64,000 nucleotides of DNA from Schmidtea polychroa (taxonomy: Eukaryota): positions 45,818,001 through 45,882,000 of the forward strand of contig CM097888.1 in assembly GCA_044892525.1 (NCBI GenBank). Direction: 5' to 3'. The notes below the pieces were generated by a model. The model searched no databases. It had not been told where the DNA came from and was given only the letters and a program-made list of their open reading frames with translations. The position numbers were made by a program, and so were the translations under genes. Positions within the stretch are counted from its first letter, which is position 1, and every line of letters begins with the position of its first letter. This document shows positions 13,274 through 24,478 of the stretch, one piece after another.

Positions 13274-14240
13274 TGTAAATAAATAAAATAACGTGGGAGA
13301 AAACCGTTAAGGGGATTGGGATAGCACTCTGGAACTTGGAAAGGAGAACGGAAGAGGAAAAAATTGAGAAATTGTAAAGGAGGAGCAAAGAAAAGAAATC
13401 AGACTACAGAGCAGGAGAAAGGTCATTAATAATTAAGAAGTGCAAGAAACAAAAAGAAATTCCAAAATGGGAAAACAAAAAAAATAAATCGGCTTCGTCG
13501 AACTTTCAGAGATAATGTGGGAGGTAGAAAAAAGTATCGAAAATCCCAGAAGCAGAATTGGAAAAAATAACAAACTATTCCGAACTATCAGGGGCAACAC
13601 GAGAATTGGGAAAAGCGTAGAAAATGCCAGAAGGAAAAATGAAAAATCGCAATTTATTCCGAGTGCCGAACGATCAGTGATAATACAGAAGCTGCAGAAA
13701 CCATGGAAAGACAAGAATGGGAAAAAATGAATTATCATGAGTGATGTGCAAGTGTGGACTATAAAAGCAAAAGTCGCATTGATGGAATCAGAATAGTTAG
13801 TGGCGGAAAATATTAATTAGTGGAGAATATTTAGTAATGAAGAATATTTAATAGCGAGGAATATTTCTAGTCGATAAAATAATTTTGAATCAAGCAATAG
13901 GGGAAATTTGAGAAATTAGAGGGAGAAATTAGAAATTGAAAAGAAAGGGAAATATTGGAACCAAACGTCAAGCAAAAGAGAATTCAATTCAATTTACCAA
14001 ATTATTGAGTCAGATCAGTGGCCGGTGATTGTTAAGTAGAACTATTCCTCACGTAGTGTTGAAATAAGCTCTGTGGAAGTACCTAATTGAGTATTTAATT
14101 GATCGTGTTGTTATAACTCGTGTTATCGATTGTGATAATCAATAAAGGTTTATATTGTTCGAGAATTATTATTTTGTGGATCAGATAAAACGTGCTTTGG
14201 AGTCAGATATTTGATTTGTAACTTAAATATAACTACCAAC
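13274..14240 (+). mobile_element. Possible solo-LTR-like sequence
   Basis: Starts TGTAAAT; strongly purine-rich + strand; AATAAA near 14141. No TSD confirmed. Confidence 0.25.
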
Positions 14241-14663
14241 CCATTAACCCAACAAACCTAATGATTGTGAAGACTTTGGTATAAATGTGTGTATGTATAG
14301 AAGTTCCATAATTGTAACTCTTCAAACTATTTTTGCAAGTTATTTTATCAAGTAAGGGTTCGAGTTATCAAAATATCATTTTTCTATCTATTTTTAGACT
14401 TATTCATTTTATTAAGATTGTTTTAACATTTTCAAATTTTTTATTAGAATCTTTATCCTCCTCCCAATGTTTTTCAAAGTTTTTGCAGATATCCTCGTGT
14501 ATTTCCTGAAACGAAATTAAAACAAATGTAAGAAGGTTTAGTACTGTTTTTCATCTAAGATTTTCTATATTTATTATTAATATTGAATTTATTATCAATT
14601 AAATTATTTTACATTTTGAAATGATCATTGTGATCAGTTTAAATAAGATCCAAATAAGGTAGA

Positions 14664-15404
14664 ATGTCATTAGCTTCGTGCTCAAAATGTAATAGGTCTT
14701 TCAATTTCGATAGTTTAAAAGTACATGAAAAGATATGTCGAGGCCAGTTTTTATCAAAACAACCATCAAAACCTTCTGGAATAACATTTGGTAGAAGTAT
14801 GGACATAGATGAAAGCATTCGTGACGACTCTGAGATAGATATTCCAAATAACTTCAAAGTTACACCGGAATCAAAATTTGTTACTTGTAAATCTTGTGGT
14901 AAAACATTTACTATTCATTCTATTACCAAGCATACTGTGGCCTGTGATTTGCGTGCAGAACGGGAACGAAAAGAGCAAGAATTACAACGAAAACATGAAG
15001 CTGGTCCACAACATATCGGTCGGTTACCAGGAGCAGTTTGCTATATATGTGGTCGAAATTTCGGCACCACGTCAATTGATATCCATGAAAAACAATGTCT
15101 AGAAAAGTTCAGAAAACAAAATGCGGAATTGCCGAAAAAAGAAAGACGAGCTGAACCAGTGAAACCACAAACGAATAAAGAAATATTAGAACAAATGGTT
15201 AAAGAACAAAAGCTTAAAGGCAATGTAACCTACAATGAGCAAGCTGCAATGAATGATGCAAAAGCCATTGCTTATAATCAAAATTTGGTTTCTTGTCCAA
15301 ATTGTTCTCGTACTTTTAATCCTGATGCCTTAAAGTTTCATGTAAAAGCTTGCACCAACAAACGACCAGCAAGAAAAATTGGTGAAGAAACTGTGCATCG
15401 TTGA
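14664..15404 (+). CDS. ZNF474: C2HC zinc-finger protein with four CxxC...H...C fingers, ZNF474-like
   Basis: Intact 246-aa ORF with CSKCNRSFNFDSLKVHEKIC, CKSCGKTF..HTVAC, CYICGRNFGTTSIDIHEKQCLEKF..LPKKERRAEPVKP and CPNCSRTFNPDALKFHVKAC. A 5' exon near 14450-14527 is possible. Confidence 0.75.
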   Translation: MSLASCSKCNRSFNFDSLKVHEKICRGQFLSKQPSKPSGITFGRSMDIDESIRDDSEIDIPNNFKVTPESKFVTCKSCGKTFTIHSITKHTVACDLRAERERKEQELQRKHEAGPQHIGRLPGAVCYICGRNFGTTSIDIHEKQCLEKFRKQNAELPKKERRAEPVKPQTNKEILEQMVKEQKLKGNVTYNEQAAMNDAKAIAYNQNLVSCPNCSRTFNPDALKFHVKACTNKRPARKIGEETVHR

Positions 15405-17492
15405 TCTACAATTTTATTATTGAATAACACCTCTTATTACCATCTTTTCATATTTTGGTAATTTAAATATTTCATTTAATAATTTCTTTTCAAATCACTT
15501 ACAATAAGTCTGACATATGATAAGAAATGGAGATATGTAAAATGACAATAACAAATCTATTTAGCTTCCAACTATAGATCAGTGTTTTCTATTTAACACA
15601 AATTTTCTGCACGGCCTTTTCCGATTATTTTTGGCTCTATACATAAAGTAACTTGATTTTAATAGGCAAACTGTTTTGTTGTTTTACTGAATTGTATTCA
15701 ATATTTGCCCTAATATTTACATTATTACCTTACGAATCCATTTACGATTTCAGAAATAATTCTTGTAAATTTTGGATTTCTTTTGCATTAATAACTTCAA
15801 TGATTTAATTTGAAAAATGTTTTCTTTGACAAACTTGAACTCCAAAATTTTATAAATGAAATTCCCACTATAATTTAGATATATATAAACTTTTTAATAT
15901 TAGATATATTTTAGTATAATAATTAAAATTTACTAACTTTATTAGCCGGCTTCACCTGGGATAAATTCAAACTCATTTTTGTTTCATCTTGTTATTACAA
16001 ATTTATTTTAATACCGCGCTTTATACAATATTTTTAGTTTATTGTTGATGATCGGCAATGATGAACAGTGCTTAAGGATTCTTCGTATAAACCAACCCAG
16101 TGACCTTGAAAAATTACCATTACAACTTATTGATCATGATTGTAAATGCAAAATTTGAAAGTTGATAATAGAACCTAGAAATACCTAGAAATAGCAGTCA
16201 GAATGACATGTACAATGACAGCTACAATTCCATAAAATTACAGGGTAAATCAAACTTGTCATCTGAGTCAAAGTAATTAATATTACACAAATCTATATCT
16301 TTTTCTACGATTACAATTTTAAATATTCACTAATTTGAAAATTTGAAAATGAACTGATTGTGAAAGATAAAAGTTATTATTTGATGTTTCAAATGACATT
16401 AAATTAAAATAAACAATTCAAATATTCAATTATATCCACAAATTTAAACAAAGCTGCTTTATTTTCAGTGTTATCTGGAGAGATCAAATGTAATTTAAAT
16501 AATTTTGAAAATAGTTGATTACTAGCGAGTCATTATTTATTTCATAATTAATATAAATATTTCAATAGCCGATTTAATTCGTAAAGATTTGTTAGATTTT
16601 GATCTTTTATTAATGATTAAATACTATCAAATTTGTCTTAAACTTCACTCATATTCTTGAGTATCAAATCAACGAATTCCCAACGAAATATAGATCAATT
16701 AATACCGAATATACATATACCCAACAATATCATACTGAACTCAGAAAATATTAATGAGTTGTAGTGAATTACAGTATCATGCCAACAAGGAGACAATGCC
16801 TATCAAATTCAACAGTGAGATGGTTCTATCAGTGGAACAATATTCACCTTTTAGTTTTTTTCATGCCTTTCGTTTATTCATAAAGCAACTACTTTCATTG
16901 TAATTTTAAATTTACTCAATTATTGGGAACTATTTTTTTGTAATTTCTTTTAAATTAGTTTGGCTGTACTAATATCTATTCAATTCGACTATGCTTTCCT
17001 CCAAGCCAGTCCATGGCTTTGGTATCAGGAAATGGTTTTTGATTTAATAACGGAATTAATTTTAATGTTTTTAAATTGGTTATGATTTTGAATTTTTGAT
17101 TTAGTTCAACAACAATTTAAAAGCACTTTTTAATAAATTTTAACCTTAAATAGGTGTTTTCTTTTCTTTTGAGTTTTTAGGGTCTTCCGGGATTGATTGT
17201 TATTATTTATGTTATTTTATTATATTATTTCTTTAAGATCCGCTCCATATGCAGGTCCCCAAAAATTATCAAAATGTGACAATGTTCAGGTTATTCTTAT
17301 TTGATTTATTTTACGTTAATGTAATAAAATTTTTGATATAAATTTTTATGTTTTTTAGCAATTAATTTTCAAGCTTTTGATTTAATAATTTTTTGAATTT
17401 CTGACGCATTTAATCACTATAAAGGTAATACATTTATTTGAGAAATTAAGTAATCTTGTTAATACTAACAAAGAAATCTTCGCGTCTCCTGC

Positions 17493-17534
17493 ATAGTACT
17501 GATGAAAGCCAAAAGCTCGAAACTAGTCTACTAT
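17493..17534 (+). ncRNA. Minimal type I hammerhead ribozyme (Penelope-type)
   Basis: ATAGTA-CTGATGA-AAGC(CAAAA)GCTC-GAAA-CTA-GTC-TACTAT. Stem I ATAGTA/TACTAT, conserved core, stem II, palindromic ACTAGT stem III; predicted cut after C17528. Confidence 0.8.
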
Positions 17535-17799
17535 TGGGATTTGCACTGGGTATCACAAAGCTTGTAATTTTTATAATACTATAACTGACTTCTGATGGTT
17601 TTTTAATTGTGTTTTTAATTTATCGAATTTTTTCTAAAAATCTTTTTAACATAAGTCAGTCTTATATGGCAAAAATACTACCAAAAGCATAAATTAACTT
17701 AAAAACATTTACATATTTGATTGTGTGGAACAATTTGTGAGGTGGAAACATCAAGAAAAATTCGAAAATATCAATTACTTCTTGCTTTTTGCCAAGTGC

Positions 17800-18180
17800 C
17801 CTTATTTATTGTCAAAATGTGTGTATTTTTTATTATTGTCATTTTGTGCACCGTGTATCTTTCTATTTATTGTCTTTATTTATTGACTTTATTTACTGTC
17901 ATTATTGTTAATGACACACACACACACACATGTGTTATTGGTTAATTTTTATATTATTGTTGCCTTTCATTTTAGTAATTTAGTTTACAATGTCCAACTG
18001 TCTTTATTCTTATTGAAATTTTGTGCACCGTGCGTGTGTATGAATTTTTTTCTCAATAATTTTTTCTATATTAAAGACTTTTTTATTGTCAAGACTTTAT
18101 TTACTTTCGTATTTATTAATGACACACACACATTTCTAATTGGTCAGTTTTTTATATTATTTATATTATTTTTTGTCATT
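17800..18180. repeat. Diverged ~190-bp tandem duplication containing (CA)n
   Basis: TTTTGTGCACCGTG, GACTTTATTTACT and AATGACACACACAC each occur twice in the same order. Confidence 0.6.
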
Positions 18181-18354
18181 TGTTGTATTACATTCCATAC
18201 GAAATTTAATTAGAAATAACCAAAGTATTTATTTGAGTGATTAAAATAAAATTTACTTAATACAAGATTAGGAAGCAAAAATTATAAAAATTCAAAATGC
18301 TTTTTAAATTCAAGTTAATTAATAACTCAAATAAATTTGAAGGTTGAAGGATCT

Positions 18355-20324
18355 TTAAGCATAGAATGTTTTACTTACAAGTGCGTTGAGGAGGTCGAAT
18401 TCCTCGTCCTCGTCGTTGCTCTCATTAGAAAGGTATTCATTATGTTTATCGAACATATTAATGATATTCCTTTTGAAATTGTTTGAGTTGTCGTTTTCTT
18501 TCATTTGGCGATGACCTAGGATTATCTGATTTGACCTTTCACTCAAATTTTCCATGAATATTTTTGTAGAAAATTGATGACGCGAATTATTTTGCATATG
18601 ACTTTTGATAAATATTTCACTATTCAGTGAACAAGATAAAGAATTTACATCCAAAATTTCTGATTTCTCCGCTGTTTCGATTTCGACTTTTCTTTGGTTA
18701 TTATACATTTGGTTGTTTTTTTCCGACCAATCATTTTCAAACAATTGGTTGTTGAATTTAATTCTTTGGCAGTTTCCATTAAAATTTGAAGAATTCGTCG
18801 GATCATTTCCGCCTTCTCCGTCATCTCCTCCTTCACCTTCGCCTTCCTGGACAACGATTTTCGGTCCTTCACCTTCTTCACCGGCATCAAGATCATTCTT
18901 TCCTAAATTCCCCTGTAAAAATCTAGTATCAACTGATACTTCTTCATAATCTTTGGCTAGGCTTGCTATGTTATATAAAGCTTCACAGAATTCACTTTCT
19001 TCTAGTCCTTCTGCAACAAACCAGTGTATAAAACTTCGTTTAGAATAGAGTCGGTGAAACTTTTGTGAAAGACGCTGCCAAACTGCACTTACTGCAGATG
19101 AATTTGTCATCATAACGACACTGCATGGTGTATCTCCAATGAAGCTTTGAGGCAAAATCAGAGGAGGCTGATCAACAATGCCAACTTTGAATCCAGTTGG
19201 ACACCAATCAACGAATCTATTATATTTACTCGACTTTATTATCGATAAGGTAGAAAAGACTTCAGAAGTGTTCACAAGACCTCTATAAACCAAAGAGCAA
19301 GTCATATATTTTCCAACGTTAGGATCACAATTGACCAACTGATGTTCTCGTTCAAAAACCGCTCTTGTAAGATCTATAATGGAATTCTTCTCGTGTTCAA
19401 TTTGTGCAACATTTCCAAGTGGCGCAAAACTAGTTAATGGAAAATGAATTCGAGGATATGGTACAAGGTTTGTCAAAACAGCATTGATATCATTAAACAT
19501 GTCGCTTTGGAATCTGGATGAAGCGGTTATGTTACTGTTGACTTGTCCCAGAATCCGATTAATGCTTGTCATAGTCGGATGTTCTATGCCCAAAATGTTG
19601 CAACAAATATCAAATAAAGCTTCATTATCTAACAAAAGACCAACATCGCATTCTTCCATGCAAAAATGTTCCCCGAGAATACTGTTATACGGTCCTACGA
19701 CACAACTGTCAAAATGAGGTGAAGGATGAATTGGAAATTCAAATTTTATAGTTTTCTTATAATCTTCTAAGAGTTCAAATATCATTGATGTTAAACCAGA
19801 TCCTGACCCCCCTGCCAGTGATCTATAAAATAGCATTGATTGCATAAAATCACATGATTCAATTTGTTTTCTCATTTTATTTTCAATTGATTTGTATATT
19901 AATCTTCCCACTGTATTGAAGGCTCTTGAAAAGTTTGAAGAACTGTCATCGCACCCGCTAATTAATTGAGAGGGGTGATATAATTTTTGATATGATCCTT
20001 TTTTTAACTGATCTAAAAATGATAAATGTGAAATATCAATTAATAAAATCGGTTACTAATGACAGTTGGTTCTAGATCTATGAACAATCCTCTGGGAACG
20101 TACTGGCCAGAATTGGATTCGAGAAAAAAAGATGCAAATGCACGGTCTGAGTCCTCCCTATCGATTGTACATTTACCATCCCGCTGGATTCCATGTTCGG
20201 CGCATAATAATTCCCATATGGAATACCCTATCTGATTGCCAGCCTGGCCGACATGAATCGAAATTATCTCCCTCTAAAGTCAAAGGCATAACAACAAATT
20301 TACTAAAATAAACAATTTTACCAT
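18355..20324 (-). CDS. TUBA: Highly divergent alpha-tubulin with long C-terminal extension (~625 aa)
   Basis: Exons 20324-20322 (ATG), 20273-20057 and 20012-18355; introns 48 and 44 nt; total 1878 nt, in frame. Motifs [85 protein letters not shown]. Exon 1 choice is inferred. Confidence 0.9.
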
Positions 20325-21479
20325 AATAATTCAAATTCTAATCAATAATCATTTTGTTATTGTAAATAAATATTTACAGATACTTACAATTTTTTGATCT
20401 ATTTTTTGAAAGATTTTGTTAATTTTCGAAGAAATCTCAGAAACTTTTCGGAAAATCTTGTTGACTGATTTCTGATTTGTTTATACTAACCAATTTTTTT
20501 GAGAAGGCAACGCGGAACGGAAAAGATTTTTGAAACGAATTCAAAAACTGAAACATAATTTTAATGAATTTAATTTAAAATTTATATCATAAATAAATTA
20601 CTTGCGTATTTCTGTTTTATCTGCCGTTTCTTGGTAAAATAACTCAACCAAATCTCACTCATCAAGTCTTCTATAGCCTACGTAGATTTTGGGTTACATA
20701 AAATTAAATATAAAATTAATTCAAATTCAAATTATGCGAAAAACAAATTTAATTTAAAACTAATATTTTTATGACGACATTAATCTTTTCATTTGGGAAA
20801 ACAAAATCATCGAGTTTAAAAGACCGGATTATAACATAATTCAGACATCAAAATTGCATTTTCTAGTAAAAAACCACTTTGACTTTCTAGGTCCAATTTT
20901 CTTCTTCGCGATGGATCAGCTGGTACTCAAACTACCCTCGGGGTTACGTATCACCACCTACTGAAATATCCACATTACACATTTGACCGGATAATTCTAA
21001 ACTTGCAATAGATCGGTGTTGTAAATTTTAAACCTTACATAAACATTCTTACTCAACTATATACTTGATGGAGAATATCATGTAGAAAGCTTCCTTCTAC
21101 ACCTGATTTGTTTGATTATCCACATAGAAATAGAAGGCGAAATAATTATTGTTTTCAATTATGTTTTATTGCTAAAAAGATTTATTTTTCTGCAAAGTTT
21201 ATTTAATATTAATTGGTCATATAGTATTTTTATATTTATCTATATTTATGATTTGTGTGACATATTTATACAAATCAGCTATTATCAGTCACTAAACAAT
21301 TTCAATAAAAACGATTTACTTATAGGTTTGTTAGTAATGCGTGTAATCCAATAATTTGTATTGATCTTAATAAAATTAATTAAACCCTCAAAATACTCTT
21401 GGTTAATGTAACGTTTCACAAGTAATACATTACCAGTAGTTTTTGAAACCCTTAACACTTTAAAATTGGAAATGTCTGT

Positions 21480-21700
21480 TTTTAATTTGTATGTCTTATT
21501 ATGCTCAATAATACTATTGTTTTCATTGGACGTGCTTTGGAGCTAGAGGTGGAAACAGACATGCAGACATGGCGGTAGTATCTCCAATATGTGGCGTTAC
21601 TCCCATTACAAATAAAACGATATATGAGATCAGAAGATGGACCAAATAGCATCAAAATTTCCTTAGTTATCTGAATAACTAATAAGTTTTATTCATTAAA
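21480..21700 (-). mobile_element. Penelope GIY-YIG fragment
   Basis: Frameshifted SDLIYRFICNGSNAT followed by a YIG-like segment, similar to the 12294-12527 ORF. Confidence 0.5.
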
Positions 21701-23529
21701 TTAGATTATAAGATCTGCACTTTGCCTTTATGTAGCTTAATTTGTAATTACCTATGGAAAAGAATGTTCACTTAATTCTTCCAAACCTTGGTTCAGTCAA
21801 ACCTAAAATTTGTTTCAACAGCTTCAACAATACTGGTAGCTTTTTCAATTCTTTGGCTCCTTTTATATGAGTCTCTCGTATCCCTTACTTTAATTTTCGA
21901 CTGAAATTTTCTAAAAAATTTCCCCTTTAACTTGACGGGCTTAATGGATCGATTGGCCTGTCAAACTAGGTCATTTTACTTTTAATTGGATTGATTAATC
22001 TATTTCAATTAATAAATATTTGAATAATTTCATCTAGGAAACCCCCCTTGATAAAAAATTATTATATTCGTATTCATTTCATAATTCCCCATCTCCTTCT
22101 ACCTGTTTCCTTCGAAATTATATTAATTTTTAATTAATTATATTATGCTTTTATTATTTGCGCAGTTCTTTGTACATTTTTGCGTGGATTTAGGCAGTCC
22201 CAACAGATTTATTTATTCTACTATATAAAGAGATTAGTTTAGGAAAACTTTATAATTTGTAGGACTTTGAAGACACGAGGACCCTTTAGTTTACTTTATC
22301 CTATCGAAATTATTAGAAAATCCAAAATTTAATTGAATTAGTTACTCATAAATTTATAGGAATAATTAAACAAGAACGTCAAAAATATGTATAAAAGTAA
22401 AAACATTTAGAAAACTAAATTCATTTGCATTGTTGGATTATAACGAGGACCCTCAGTAAATGGAGCTCCTACATTCTCCTTTTCATTGAATTAACAACCA
22501 CAAAATAATTTATTTAATATCTAATTCATGTCACTAATTTATTACTACTTCAATTTCATAATATCATTTACCACTTCAGAATTGATAAAATTAATATCAA
22601 TGAAAAGAATTTAGTACATGAATCATGTGAGGTTAAAATACCTTTGTAAGATAACGCGCTATTCGTAATAAGCATTAATATGCAATTGAATTTTATTAAA
22701 ATCTAGCCTACAATTTAAATGGAATTTGTTTGTAGACCTCAATTTCTAGTTAAAGTAAGAATTTATTTATTTAAGATAATTTTATTAAATTAATTATGTT
22801 AATGTTAATAAAATATATATTCATTAATAACACTTAAGAAATTGATTTATTCATAACACTTTATAAAGAAAACATTGTAGCCAACAAAATGTAAAAGAAA
22901 TCCAATCCCAGGCCATTATATTTGAAGAAAAGCACAATTAATTTTTAAATGAAGTTAACTAGAAAAATTTACATTAAAATAAATTAAATAATATGTATTA
23001 TTTAAACAACCTTAAATTATTTAAAAATAAACTTTTAATTTTAATTTATTTTAATACAAATTCGAATATATTTTTAAGTACTGATTAACACTTGTTCTTT
23101 AAAATTTTAAATATAAAATATTTTTAAAAATATCAATGATTATTTTAAACTTAAAAGTTTTCTTGGGTTTTAGTTTTATGTTTGCCAAGTTTCAACTAAT
23201 TTTAAATTAATTGTTTTCACAAATGGGCATATGTGTAGTTAATGCATTTTACGCATATTTGTATGCTGGAGAGATTGTAACTGCTATTTCAAGAGTAAGG
23301 TTAAATTTCAGTCATTGAATGAATGTCTAATTTCTTGATCTGCGCCAGGGGATTGAGAGGGAACCAGTGTCAAAGCATGACCGGTTGCTTTCAAAATTCT
23401 GTGAGTAGAATTCAATTATTTTAAAAATCATTTTTACTAATTGGGTAATACAAAATTCGTAAAATATAATGGAAAATTACACATTGTTAAAATCAATTAA
23501 GGAAACTAAATAAAATTCGAAAAAATTAA

Positions 23530-24140
23530 GTCAATATTTTTCGGGGAGAGTGGAGAGAGGCGCCAAATGAAATTTTGATAAAGAATAAGATAATTTAATT
23601 AATATGAGGTTCATTTAAGGGTCAGGAATAAAAAAACAAATTAATTATTGAGAATCTAGCCGAACGTCAGCTTAATGGATCGATAAATTTAAATTGGGAA
23701 AAGCATAACAAAATTTTAATAAACATCTCGAAAAGTGGGTCGTGAGCCTATTTGGAAGATACATTATTGAAGGAAGTTAAACTCAATATTGTAATGACAA
23801 CAATTGGACAGCCCTAGCTTAACCAAATAATTAATGTGGTGAAATTCGTATATATAGGAAGGTGAGTGAAGTTAAAAAGCCAGTGATTGAATAACGTAAA
23901 AATAAGAATAAATTAGTTAAGGAGCAGTAGAAAGGGAAAATAAAAAGTTAGATTGTGTATGTCTGTGTACGTATATATCGATAGTGTGTCAACCTTGAAA
24001 GAGTTAATTGTGGTATCAAGTGTACTTAGTTTTGCAAATAAAGATATTTTGTTGGGATTCCAATCTTAGCTACAGGTGGAGTTGGATTGAGAACTAATTC
24101 ATCTCGGCAAAATTATTAATATCCCAAAATTACTGACGTT
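23530..24140 (+). mobile_element. Possible solo LTR
   Basis: Imperfect terminal inverted repeats GTCAATATTTTTCGGG / CCCAAAATTACTGAC, TATA-like motif and AATAAA inside. TSD not evident. Confidence 0.3.
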
Positions 24141-24478
24141 CATAATTGTAATAAAGAAAATGAATTCAAATTCAAATTATAAAAATTGAGAAAATTGTTT
24201 CTTTTTTAATTGACATTTCTTTTGATAATTTAACTTATATATACAATTTAATATTATTGTACCTTAATATGAGTTAAACCTTTCCAAAGTCTCTTTTTAT
24301 AATAAATAAAAATGAATTTTTAATTATTTATTCCGAAAGAAATTGATAAAAGAATAAAATTAATTAATTATTAATCGAAGCTTAAAGGACGTTAAACAAA
24401 TGTTGACTTTTTAACTTATTTTACCTGATGAACTATTAATATGTTAGTATTGTTGAGATTTTATTTGGTACTTTAGAT

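Noticed and set aside
15950-17290. Possible multi-exon membrane or GPCR-like gene (YAFLQASPWLWYQE; GLPGLIVII)
   Set aside because: I could not join the segments with phase-compatible splice sites; the resemblance may be chance.
18605-19717. Alternative-frame ORFs overlapping tubulin
   Set aside because: Antisense or off-frame shadows of a clear coding region.
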